Origin: Pseudomonadota bacterium
Lineage (GTDB): Bacteria > Pseudomonadota > Gammaproteobacteria > Arenicellales > Poriferihabitantaceae
Length of the DNA: 64,000 nt
Direction of reading: 5' to 3'
Assembly: GCA_039029455.1 (NCBI GenBank)
Contig: JBCCGE010000007.1
Location: 370-64,369 of the forward strand
In this document: positions 8,300 to 16,321 of the stretch, piece by piece
How the letters are laid out: each line of letters starts with the position of its first letter
How positions within the stretch are numbered: position 1 is the stretch's first letter
Position numbers and translations under genes: made by a program
The notes under the pieces: generated by a model
Databases searched by the model: none
What the model was told of the DNA's origin: nothing
The model's input: the letters and a program-made list of their open reading frames with translations, nothing else

Positions 8300-9460
8300 C
8301 TAGTCGCTGATCTCCGCACCAATCGCTTCAACGATCATTCGCTGGAAATGATGTACCGCGTGTTCGGAAAGCTCTGTCATACCTTCGTCCACCATGAAAC
8401 GCCCCTGGTTGTAGGCTTTGGAGTTAAGCCCCCTCTGAACACTTTCACATAGAGAAATGTCTTCTGGTTGCAGAACTTCACGTTGGTAGTCCATGGCGTC
8501 TTTGAGTTGCGCCGACGGGGTCTCGGTGGGGATGAACCAATCCTGATATTCAATCGTGCCTTCCGGCCCGTCCGGAATCATCTGCAGGATCGACATATTT
8601 GCCTCCCCGGGATAGATCCAGATCGTTAGATTAGGCCATAGAAACCAACCCGCATAGCCAAAGTCCACGTCGCCTTTCTCAAACTTGAAGGCGTTGTTGT
8701 CTAATGACTTCGGTGCGTCTGAGACCTGAGCCGAATAGATTCCCTTGACCTCCGTTCGATATGAATCCATATCGACCAAATCCACAAAGTCATGATGCGC
8801 CACGTGACAGTGATAGCACTCCAGAAAATTGTCGACCATCACTTTCCAGTTGCAGGGCACTTCATAGGGATCACGCTGGGCGAAAACCAGATCATCAACA
8901 GTCGGACAATAACTTCTGATTTCGCTTTCGAGATTCCCCGACTGAATGTGTAGCGGCTCTGCATCGTCGTTAAGATTGATAAACACCATACCGCAGAACA
9001 CTTCGACCTGAACTCTTTTGAGAGTGAAATCATCCTTTTCAAAGTCCGAGACATTTTCTGAATTACGGGCCGAACGAAGTGCCCCATCAAAGTCATACGC
9101 CCACGCATGGTAGGGGCAGACAACAACGTTTGTTCTGCCGTTACCGGTCAGGAGTTCGTGTCCGCGATGCAGACAGACATTATAAAACGCATTCAATTCC
9201 CCTGATCGACTGCGTATAACAAACACACTCTGATCGTGAATTCGGGTGGTGATGTACTGACCGGGTGACTTCAGCTGACTCACGTGACCCGCATACCACC
9301 AACTCCTGAAAAACACATTGTCTTTTTCAAGATCATAGACCGAGACATCCGTATAGAAGCGCGCCGGCATGGTGTAGGATTTCTTCGGGTCCCGACAAAA
9401 CGGCATGTCACCATTCTGTCTCGCTGTCACTTTTATCGCAGTGCCGACTGCTTTATTCAT
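8300..9460 (-). CDS. Rieske [2Fe-2S] non-heme-iron oxygenase alpha subunit (GbcA / stachydrine demethylase Stc2 / carnitine monooxygenase CntA-like)
   Basis: The Rieske motif is CLHRGHELLTGNGRTNVVVCPYHAWAY (C-x-H-x17-C-x2-H). The mononuclear-iron region is ECYHCHVAHHDF. 386 aa. Confidence 0.85.
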   Translation of the reverse strand: MNKAVGTAIKVTARQNGDMPFCRDPKKSYTMPARFYTDVSVYDLEKDNVFFRSWWYAGHVSQLKSPGQYITTRIHDQSVFVIRSRSGELNAFYNVCLHRGHELLTGNGRTNVVVCPYHAWAYDFDGALRSARNSENVSDFEKDDFTLKRVQVEVFCGMVFINLNDDAEPLHIQSGNLESEIRSYCPTVDDLVFAQRDPYEVPCNWKVMVDNFLECYHCHVAHHDFVDLVDMDSYRTEVKGIYSAQVSDAPKSLDNNAFKFEKGDVDFGYAGWFLWPNLTIWIYPGEANMSILQMIPDGPEGTIEYQDWFIPTETPSAQLKDAMDYQREVLQPEDISLCESVQRGLNSKAYNQGRFMVDEGMTELSEHAVHHFQRMIVEAIGAEISD

Positions 9461-9523
9461 ATCGTCTTGACGTAAACTAAACCGGAATCACTATTCTAGA
9501 GGGAGTTTAACGGGCTAGACAAG

Positions 9524-10285
9524 TTAGACTGTGAACAACAGGTCGGTTCGTACAATGTATTTGGTACCACTAACGATCGGGGCTGAACTGTGCACACAGT
9601 GCAAAGGATGTGTGCCGTGTGGGAAAAGCAATAATCCGCCTTTGGGCACTCTGATATTCATTACTACGGGTGTATCACCCTGAACAGCGGGCCTGTCAGG
9701 ATTACTCTGACTCACCATAAACTGAGTGTCACCGCCCTCAAAGTCGTCAGATAGAAAGAACAATGCGCTCATTCGACTGAATCGATCACCAAACGCGTCC
9801 GCGCGCAGTTCTCCATCCACGATTCGACTGCCTGGCCACGCTCCATCGGTATGTGGCCTGAAATAATCGCCCTTTTGATAACGATAGAATCGAAAACGAC
9901 AATTCAATCCAACGGGCGGCCTGCCACCAAAGATGTCCGGCAACTGCTGAAGGCAATTCTCAATTCTGGACCACAGTATATCGTGCGTCTGGTCGTCGAT
10001 CACCCAAACGATGTTGTCGTTATGGCGAACCGATCGCGGCAGTGATACAGCAGCATCGGGCAGGTACTCAAGAGTTTCGGACAACTCAATAAAGTTACTG
10101 CACTCATTTTCTTTAAGAACGTCGTTAATCTGACACGCGCCGGGTACCGTCGAGATGTGCTCAAGACTGACTTGATCTGCGGAATCACACAGGTTAAGCG
10201 GATTCGCGGTGTGACATCCCCACGTCGGCAACGCCGAATGCTCAGCACCGGACTCATATGCGGCCACGTAAAACCCGTGCATCAC
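9524..10285 (-). CDS. Prolyl 4-hydroxylase-like (P4Hc-type) 2OG-Fe(II) oxygenase
   Basis: It has HxD in FRPHTDGAW, then FEGGDTQF, then LLLFPHGTHPLHCVHSSAPIVSGTKYIVRTD (distal His plus the K/R that binds 2OG). This pattern is typical of P4H alpha-subunit homologues. Confidence 0.7.
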   Translation of the reverse strand: MMHGFYVAAYESGAEHSALPTWGCHTANPLNLCDSADQVSLEHISTVPGACQINDVLKENECSNFIELSETLEYLPDAAVSLPRSVRHNDNIVWVIDDQTHDILWSRIENCLQQLPDIFGGRPPVGLNCRFRFYRYQKGDYFRPHTDGAWPGSRIVDGELRADAFGDRFSRMSALFFLSDDFEGGDTQFMVSQSNPDRPAVQGDTPVVMNIRVPKGGLLLFPHGTHPLHCVHSSAPIVSGTKYIVRTDLLFTV

Positions 10286-10310
10286 CGAATCAGACAGATA
10301 AACGAACGAT

Positions 10311-10694
10311 TCAGTCTGACAGATCTGAGAGCAGACCTCGAATGTAAGCTACCCGGTGTTCGTGCTCCTCTTCTAGTCGAGTCAATTCCTCGTGCAACAG
10401 CTCCAGCGTGTGCTCCCTGTTGTGCTTGGCCTTAACCAGTGGATCGAGCACAGCCATGGCTTGTGTCACTATTGGCGCCACTTCGTGGTCGACCACCGAT
10501 TGACCGTTTTCGTCGGTACGCATCACTTCACGCCGCTCAAACCGAAACTTTTTACTGTCGGGTCGAAACGATCCTTTTTGTCGACGATAAACCACTCTAA
10601 GAACATCTACATTTCCAATGGTCTGCAGAGAGTAACGATCAATTTGTTCCGGGTTTGTAATACCCAGATCGTTCAGTACTGAATGATTGCTCAT
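10311..10694 (-). CDS. Small conserved cytoplasmic protein (DUF3461-like)
   Basis: 127 aa. The N-terminus LNDLGITNPEQIDRYSL and the basic middle KKFRFERRE resemble the gammaproteobacterial DUF3461 family as I recall it. The C-terminus is an acidic coiled-coil-like tail. Confidence 0.5.
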   Translation of the reverse strand: MSNHSVLNDLGITNPEQIDRYSLQTIGNVDVLRVVYRRQKGSFRPDSKKFRFERREVMRTDENGQSVVDHEVAPIVTQAMAVLDPLVKAKHNREHTLELLHEELTRLEEEHEHRVAYIRGLLSDLSD

Positions 10695-10784
10695 AGTGAA
10701 TTAAGACTCGCTTTGAAGTTGATGTACTTTAAACATGGAATATATCGAAAATACCGTAATGCGCAGCTATCAAATTTTCATAGA

Positions 10785-11534
10785 TCAGAACTCTCCGGAG
10801 ACAATTTTTGATCGTATTTCGCGAGCGGGCGGCAAATCATTGAGCTGTTTTGGTCGCCGACCTCTGAAAAACGACCACCGGTAGTGCGCGAATTTAAGAA
10901 ACTCCACCGCAACCTGCACCAGTCCGTACTCGGACCGCCACCATTCCGTACGTGTTGCCCGACTGAACGCGGTGGAGTAGGCAGTGATCCGATATTTGGA
11001 TCCCAAAACCTGACGGAACGTCCAGCACGCTCTTCGTGTGTGATACAGATCCGTTACGATGCAAATATTCCGAACAGGTTTTGAATCCAAAAAGTCTCTG
11101 ACTGCAAGGGCCTCACTCCAGGTACCCGCAATCCAATACGGCGTATCCAGCAGATGGACTGACGAGTCGCCCACACCGAGACGATGCAGTAATTGTACGC
11201 TTGCCTCACTGATATTCGGAATCACACCAAGGCTCACCTCTTCTGTATCAGCCAGACGCACAATAAAAATCGGCGCGCCGGTTCGATCACAGAGTGACTT
11301 GGCCGCGTAGGTTCGGGTACTCAGATTGCCGTTCATTAAAACGATCGCGTCTGCGTGTGAAACTTCTTCAGTTTCAATCAGCGGCACAACCAGCCACCGC
11401 AGTATTAATCCACGGCAGAACCACAGCAATAAAAAAACTATAAGGAGTGCGGTGACAATCACTGGTCGACAACACCGCTTATTGATTCTGGTACACAGCG
11501 CAGCAAAAAAACTTGCCATTCCCATGATGAGCAC
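10785..11534 (-). CDS. DUF218 (YdcF/ElyC-like) membrane-anchored protein
   Basis: It has an N-terminal TM helix followed by ADAIVLMNGN...IVTDLYHTRRA, typical of DUF218. The start is uncertain (MLIMGM...). Confidence 0.65.
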   Translation of the reverse strand: MLIMGMASFFAALCTRINKRCCRPVIVTALLIVFLLLWFCRGLILRWLVVPLIETEEVSHADAIVLMNGNLSTRTYAAKSLCDRTGAPIFIVRLADTEEVSLGVIPNISEASVQLLHRLGVGDSSVHLLDTPYWIAGTWSEALAVRDFLDSKPVRNICIVTDLYHTRRACWTFRQVLGSKYRITAYSTAFSRATRTEWWRSEYGLVQVAVEFLKFAHYRWSFFRGRRPKQLNDLPPAREIRSKIVSGEF

Positions 11535-11722
11535 GTGCCTGACGTCGGTTCAAAATGACGACAATTCAGTTGTGCGTCAAAGAGCACCGGCTGGAACGTG
11601 GCTGATGACGTGGTCAATCGGTGACTGACATTGAAAAACCATTGCCGCACCCGCATTAATCTGATCACACCTCAATCCATCCAACTGCCAAAAACAGGCA
11701 TAGACCTCAATGCCTGATTAGA

Positions 11723-12103
11723 TTACTCAATTCCAAGTTCGGCCATGACCTTTTTCGCCGAGCGAAAACACTCCAGAGACTGAGGTACGCCGCAATAAAT
11801 CCCAATAACATGAATAATCGCTCGCATTTGTTCTTTGGTGACGCCATTCGTAAACGCACCGCGACAGTGAATTTCCCACTCATGCATCTTTCCCAACGCC
11901 CCAATCATGGTGAGGTTCATCATAGAGCGTGTTTTTGGATCAATACACTCATCGCCCCATCCAAAACCCCAACACCATTCGGTCATCATTTCCTGAAACG
12001 GGCGGGTGAAATCGTCTGCTGCTGCCAGATTTTTTTCAACATATTCCGCCCCCAGAGTCGCTTTACGCTGTGCGAGGCCGGTTTCGAATAGCTCTTTGTC
12101 CAT
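11723..12103 (-). CDS. Carboxymuconolactone decarboxylase (CMD/PcaC) family protein
   Basis: 126 aa. WCWGFGWGDECIDPKTRSMMNLTMIGALGK..EWEIHCRGA..GVTKEQMRAIIHVIGIYCGVP matches the CMD-domain pattern. Confidence 0.8.
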   Translation of the reverse strand: MDKELFETGLAQRKATLGAEYVEKNLAAADDFTRPFQEMMTEWCWGFGWGDECIDPKTRSMMNLTMIGALGKMHEWEIHCRGAFTNGVTKEQMRAIIHVIGIYCGVPQSLECFRSAKKVMAELGIE

Positions 12104-12287
12104 TGGTTATCTCCCACGGATTGTGATTAAACGTCGTATCCTAATCGTAGCAGTCAAGAATGTGGAGAGATATTGATCTCAAGTTGCTCAACAGGCACGA
12201 TCCAGCCTTGCGGAGAAGTCTTCCGGGTATTCGTTATTAGCCCGGTGAACCGCAAAACGTGAATCAATGAATCCTCACTGAAATATC

Positions 12288-13211
12288 ATGACCCGTAAAC
12301 GATATCAGCGCTTTGTGGAACGCATCGAACTTGGAGATAGCATTCTGATTGATGGTGCAACCGGAACAGAAGTCGAAATTCGCGGCGTACCCCAGCTCGA
12401 GAATGCATGGAACGGCGGGGCGGCACTGTCGCACCCGGAGATTCTTAAACAGGTGCATTTGGATTATCTGAATCACGGTGCCGAATTGATTATCTCCAAC
12501 ACCTTCGGCACAGCCCTGCATGCGCTTATTGACAGCGGGGTTGGGGATGATTTCGAAGCGTTAAATCGACGCGGAGTCGAGATCGCAATCGAGGCGCGTG
12601 AACAGGCCGGCAAACCCGATGTTCTGGTTGCGGGCGGAGTCACACACTGGTCCTGGAACGGACGACATCCGGCGTTGGATGAATTGAAATCCTCAGCTAC
12701 CGAGCAAGCGCAAATCATGGCGGATGCCGGTGCTGATCTGATCATGCTTGAGATGATGGTTTACATCGACAAAATGGTGGCGCTAATTGAGGCCGGGCAG
12801 GCTTGTGACTTACCGGTTTGGGTCGGCTTGACACTGGAGATACACGACGACGGGTCGATCCGACTGCCCGGTCGTGGGGAACGGCTCGAAGAAGCGATCG
12901 ATTCCATTCGGTCATACAACGTTCCCCTCGTCTCAGTGATGCATACGGAAGTTGATGATGTCGATGCCTGCCTGGCAGAACTCAAAAACCACTGGACGGG
13001 CCCTATAGGTGTCTATGCCCACTCGACTCGATTTCACGATCAGCGTACCGTTGTTCGAAACACCACGATTTCGCCGGAGTCTTATGCTGAGGCCAGCCAA
13101 CGATGGCTTCGTGCCGGCGTCCAGGTCATCGGCGGCTGCTGCGGCGTAGGCGTCCCTCACATCAAGACCTTATCAGAACAGATGGCCGCGTCGCGTCGCC
13201 CGTCGCAATGA
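12288..13211 (+). CDS. Homocysteine S-methyltransferase family protein (MmuM/BHMT-like, Zn-dependent)
   Basis: 307 aa. It has ILIDGATGTE near the N-terminus and the Zn-binding GGCCGVGVPHI near the C-terminus. Confidence 0.8.
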   Translation: MTRKRYQRFVERIELGDSILIDGATGTEVEIRGVPQLENAWNGGAALSHPEILKQVHLDYLNHGAELIISNTFGTALHALIDSGVGDDFEALNRRGVEIAIEAREQAGKPDVLVAGGVTHWSWNGRHPALDELKSSATEQAQIMADAGADLIMLEMMVYIDKMVALIEAGQACDLPVWVGLTLEIHDDGSIRLPGRGERLEEAIDSIRSYNVPLVSVMHTEVDDVDACLAELKNHWTGPIGVYAHSTRFHDQRTVVRNTTISPESYAEASQRWLRAGVQVIGGCCGVGVPHIKTLSEQMAASRRPSQ

Positions 13212-13420
13212 CACCACTCTCTTCATCAGGGCAACACGCGGCACAGAAACAACTGCCGTCATTGGGAGCCGCAGGCGAAGCAATCTCGTAACGAATTCGG
13301 GCTGCTAATCAAAACCCCAACCCGATTGCCGCAGTCGCTAACGCTCCCTCGCAATCACACCACTCTTGTCATTAGGACCACACCCGGCACAAAAACAACC
13401 GCCGCCATTGCGAGCCATAG
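13188..13420. repeat. BIME-like cluster A of alternating inverted REP-type motifs
   Basis: X motif GATTGCCGCAGTCGCTaACGCTCCcTCGCAATcAC lies at 13324..13358. Its inverted partner Y, GTCATTGgGAGCcGcAGGCGAAGCAATCTC, lies at 13258..13287. Degenerate copies lie at about 13188..13212 (overlapping the stop codon of the preceding gene) and about 13403..13420. About 85% of a roughly 100-bp unit (13258..13358) recurs at 33331..33428. Confidence 0.8.
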
Positions 13421-13425
13421 GTCAT

Positions 13426-14289
13426 TCAATGCGTGACTTTGTGTTGAGACAGGCTGTGTCGAATACCATCCAGCGCAATCTGAATGTCGGATTCGATCGC
13501 AGAATCGCGCTGGTACACGACGTAACTGGAACGATTGAAAACAGGGGCATTGTCGACGACATGCAGTTGTCCAGCGTCCAGATGCTCGTCAACCTCGTCA
13601 CGGGTGAAGTACGCTGACCCACCCTGCCCCAGAATAAAACTCAATCCAACTGCCGCGGAACCCACGGAAAGTGGCGGAGCCGGCAACTCTGGAAATGCCG
13701 TCCGATGCATGGTTTCGAATTCTTCACTGCGATCAACAAAAACATAGTTGGACATCCAATCGTCATCGACACTCTGACGCGTTGTGGACACCAGAATCAG
13801 ATCTTCATCCAGAATCTTGGTCGCAACGGATTTTCCACTCTGTCGAACGTTGTAGACGAGCACCAGATCCAGCAACCCATCCCGCATGCGGCTCAACAGC
13901 TCCTCGGAATAATCTGCAACTACACGAGTAGCCAGATGACTGGCGTGATTCCGCATCCAATCCTGCCAGGGTAAGACTATTCGATCCCAGAAGTTCATCT
14001 GGATGCCGAGGCCTATTTGATGATCGACGCCCGCAGGCAGCGCAATTTCCTGTTGGCCGCGTTCCCATGACTGCACGCACGACTGTGCGTGTCGCAGAAA
14101 TTGACTGCCCGCCGGGGTCAATTCCATACCCGCTCGCTTGCGATAGAACAACGTTCTGCCGACTCGGGTCTCGAGCTGCTTTAATCGTGCGCTGACCGCA
14201 GATTGCGTGATGTGCAAGCGTTCGGCGGCGCTCAACACACTACCTGAGGAGGCGATTTCGAGAAATGCACGAAGAGATTCAATATTCAT
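13426..14289 (-). CDS. LysR-family transcriptional regulator
   Basis: It has the N-terminal HTH LRAFLEIASSGSVLSAAERLHITQSAVSARLKQLE. 287 aa. It is divergent from the oxidoreductase/aldolase pair. Confidence 0.9.
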   Translation of the reverse strand: MNIESLRAFLEIASSGSVLSAAERLHITQSAVSARLKQLETRVGRTLFYRKRAGMELTPAGSQFLRHAQSCVQSWERGQQEIALPAGVDHQIGLGIQMNFWDRIVLPWQDWMRNHASHLATRVVADYSEELLSRMRDGLLDLVLVYNVRQSGKSVATKILDEDLILVSTTRQSVDDDWMSNYVFVDRSEEFETMHRTAFPELPAPPLSVGSAAVGLSFILGQGGSAYFTRDEVDEHLDAGQLHVVDNAPVFNRSSYVVYQRDSAIESDIQIALDGIRHSLSQHKVTH

Positions 14290-14309
14290 AAATCAAATAT
14301 ATTCGAATT

Positions 14310-14324
14310 TATAAGACAATTATA
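14310..14324. promoter_or_regulatory. Candidate LysR-type dyad in divergent promoter region
   Basis: TATAA-GACAA-TTATA is a perfect 5-bp inverted repeat in the AT-rich 94-bp gap between the LysR gene and the gene at 14384. Binding is not demonstrated. Confidence 0.3.
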
Positions 14325-14383
14325 TTCATTATTATTGATTAACATATGAGATTACAATTCTGTTTTTACAATAGGTATTCGCG

Positions 14384-15280
14384 ATGAAAATCGGGTTTAT
14401 CGGGCTCGGCGTCATGGGCGGGCCCATGGCCACAAACCTTGCAAAGGATGGGCGTTTCGAAGTCACGGGGTTCGATCTCGACTCGGACAAAGTATCCAAC
14501 CTGGCAACTGCAGGGGGTTGCGCCGCATCATCGGTGCGTGAGGCCGCCACTGATCGGGACGTTGTGATGACGTCGCTTCCCGGGCCAAAACAGATCGAGC
14601 AGGTCGCCTTTGATTCCGGACTGATCGATTCACTGGTCAGCGACAGTTGCTGGATTGATCTCAGCACCAACAACCAGTCCACGCGACGAAAACTTGTAGA
14701 TGCCGTTCACTCACATGGCGCCTCTTTTCTGGACGCTCCGGTATCCGGCGGTGACGAAGGCGCACGAGCCGGAACATTAACCATTCTCGCGGGCGGTGAT
14801 CGAGAGGTTTTTGAACGCTGTCTCCCTGTATTCGAAGTGATCGGTGCGAACATTAATCATCTCGGGTCTCATGGTGCCGGATATGCCGCGAAAATCGCTC
14901 AGGTTGTGCTGTGCTACCTGCATTCACTTGCGCTTGGAGAGGCGATGATGCTGGGTGTTAAAGGCGGCGTCGCACCGGCAAAAATGCTGGATATCATTCA
15001 GAACAGCACCGGGAAGAGCTATGTTTCCGACCGCTATGGCCCTCCCATCGTGAACGGTGATTACGACCCGTCCTTTACCGTCGGGCTGGCACACAAAGAC
15101 ATGCGACTGGCCAATGAAATGGCCTCTGATCTGGGAATTGATCTACCCATGTGTGAACTCACAACGAAAACCTATGCTCGCGCAATCGAGGAATTCGGAT
15201 TTGACGCGAACCATTTAAAAGCCGTCCGACTTTTGGAGGACGATCACCAAACCTATCTGCAACAACCCAATTCTGAGTAA
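14384..15280 (+). CDS. NAD(P)-dependent oxidoreductase, 3-hydroxyisobutyrate / tartronate-semialdehyde reductase family
   Basis: It has the Rossmann N-terminus MKIGFIGLGVMGGPMATNL, and its length and C-terminal helical domain are typical of the HIBADH family. Confidence 0.85.
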   Translation: MKIGFIGLGVMGGPMATNLAKDGRFEVTGFDLDSDKVSNLATAGGCAASSVREAATDRDVVMTSLPGPKQIEQVAFDSGLIDSLVSDSCWIDLSTNNQSTRRKLVDAVHSHGASFLDAPVSGGDEGARAGTLTILAGGDREVFERCLPVFEVIGANINHLGSHGAGYAAKIAQVVLCYLHSLALGEAMMLGVKGGVAPAKMLDIIQNSTGKSYVSDRYGPPIVNGDYDPSFTVGLAHKDMRLANEMASDLGIDLPMCELTTKTYARAIEEFGFDANHLKAVRLLEDDHQTYLQQPNSE

Positions 15281-15327
15281 TGCACTCGGACGGGTATTAT
15301 TTAACTCTACTAAAATGAGTCCAAGCT

Positions 15328-16101
15328 ATGAAAACCGAAGTTACCGCTGAAGATTTCAAAAACGTCGATGGCGCTGTCGCTGCATCTGAGGCCGAATGGG
15401 AGGCTAGAGTCGATCTGGCGGCCATGTTTCGTCTTACGGCCCTGATGGGATGGGATGACACGATCTGGAATCATATAACCGCGCGCGTGCCTGGCACCGA
15501 CCACACATTCTTAATGCACCGGTTTGGCCTGCTCTACGAGGAGGTCACCGCATCAAACCTGATTAAGGTCGACGAGCACGGCAACGTTCTTGAGGGTCCA
15601 CCTGATGTAAATACTGCCGGATTTGTAATTCACAGCGCCATTCATCTGCATCACCCGACAAATCATTACGTCTTTCATGCACACCCTCCAACTGCTCTTG
15701 CCGCGACCTCATTCAAAGACGGTATTCCTTTCTGGGTGCAGGACTCATCCATGCTGTATGGAAAAATTGGCTATCACAACTGGGAAGGCTTGTCCGTCGA
15801 CCTGGATGAGCGATTCCGAATTGCCGAAAACCTTGGCGATAACAAAGTTCTGATTATGCGCAACCACGGCTTTCTGAGTGTTGGCGCGACCGCGGGTGAA
15901 GCGTTCATGAACATGTATTACATAATACGAATGTGTGAAGTCGCTGTGCAGGCTGAAAGCAGTGGTCTGAAACTGGAAACTGCGCCCCCTGAACTTTGGG
16001 CGATGTCTTCCAAGCAGTACGAATCGTTTTCACCCGGGAAGTACGAGTGGCCCGCGCTGAAGCGCCGTGCGGACAGGGCCGATCCGTCCTACAAAAACTA
16101 G
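15328..16101 (+). CDS. Class II aldolase/adducin-domain protein
   Basis: 257 aa. The metal-binding histidine cluster is HSAIHLHHPTNHYVFHAHP, and MRNHGFLSVG is typical of the family. Confidence 0.8.
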   Translation: MKTEVTAEDFKNVDGAVAASEAEWEARVDLAAMFRLTALMGWDDTIWNHITARVPGTDHTFLMHRFGLLYEEVTASNLIKVDEHGNVLEGPPDVNTAGFVIHSAIHLHHPTNHYVFHAHPPTALAATSFKDGIPFWVQDSSMLYGKIGYHNWEGLSVDLDERFRIAENLGDNKVLIMRNHGFLSVGATAGEAFMNMYYIIRMCEVAVQAESSGLKLETAPPELWAMSSKQYESFSPGKYEWPALKRRADRADPSYKN

Positions 16102-16321
16102 CTGACCGGCCGTGATCAATGTTCGCCTGCATCGTGAAGCGCTGCTGCGCCAGAACATAAATACCCGTGTAATAAACACGCCACTGAATTCATTTGAGTT
16201 CGGCACGTTTTGATATCCGGAACATCGGTTTGCCTACTGCCACTGCCAGCTCGATGAAGTCAGATAAACAGGGTATGCTTGCGCGCACAAAAACAATCAA
16301 GCCTGTGAGGCCGGCAAACCA

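Noticed and set aside
13188-13420. Could the regularly spaced repeats at 13.2, 33.4 and 48.3 kb be CRISPR arrays?
   Set aside because: The repeats alternate in orientation (X, then its reverse complement Y). There are only 2-4 copies per site, the spacing is irregular (63-93 bp), the 'spacers' are partly conserved between loci, and no cas genes are present. This fits REP/BIME-type elements instead.
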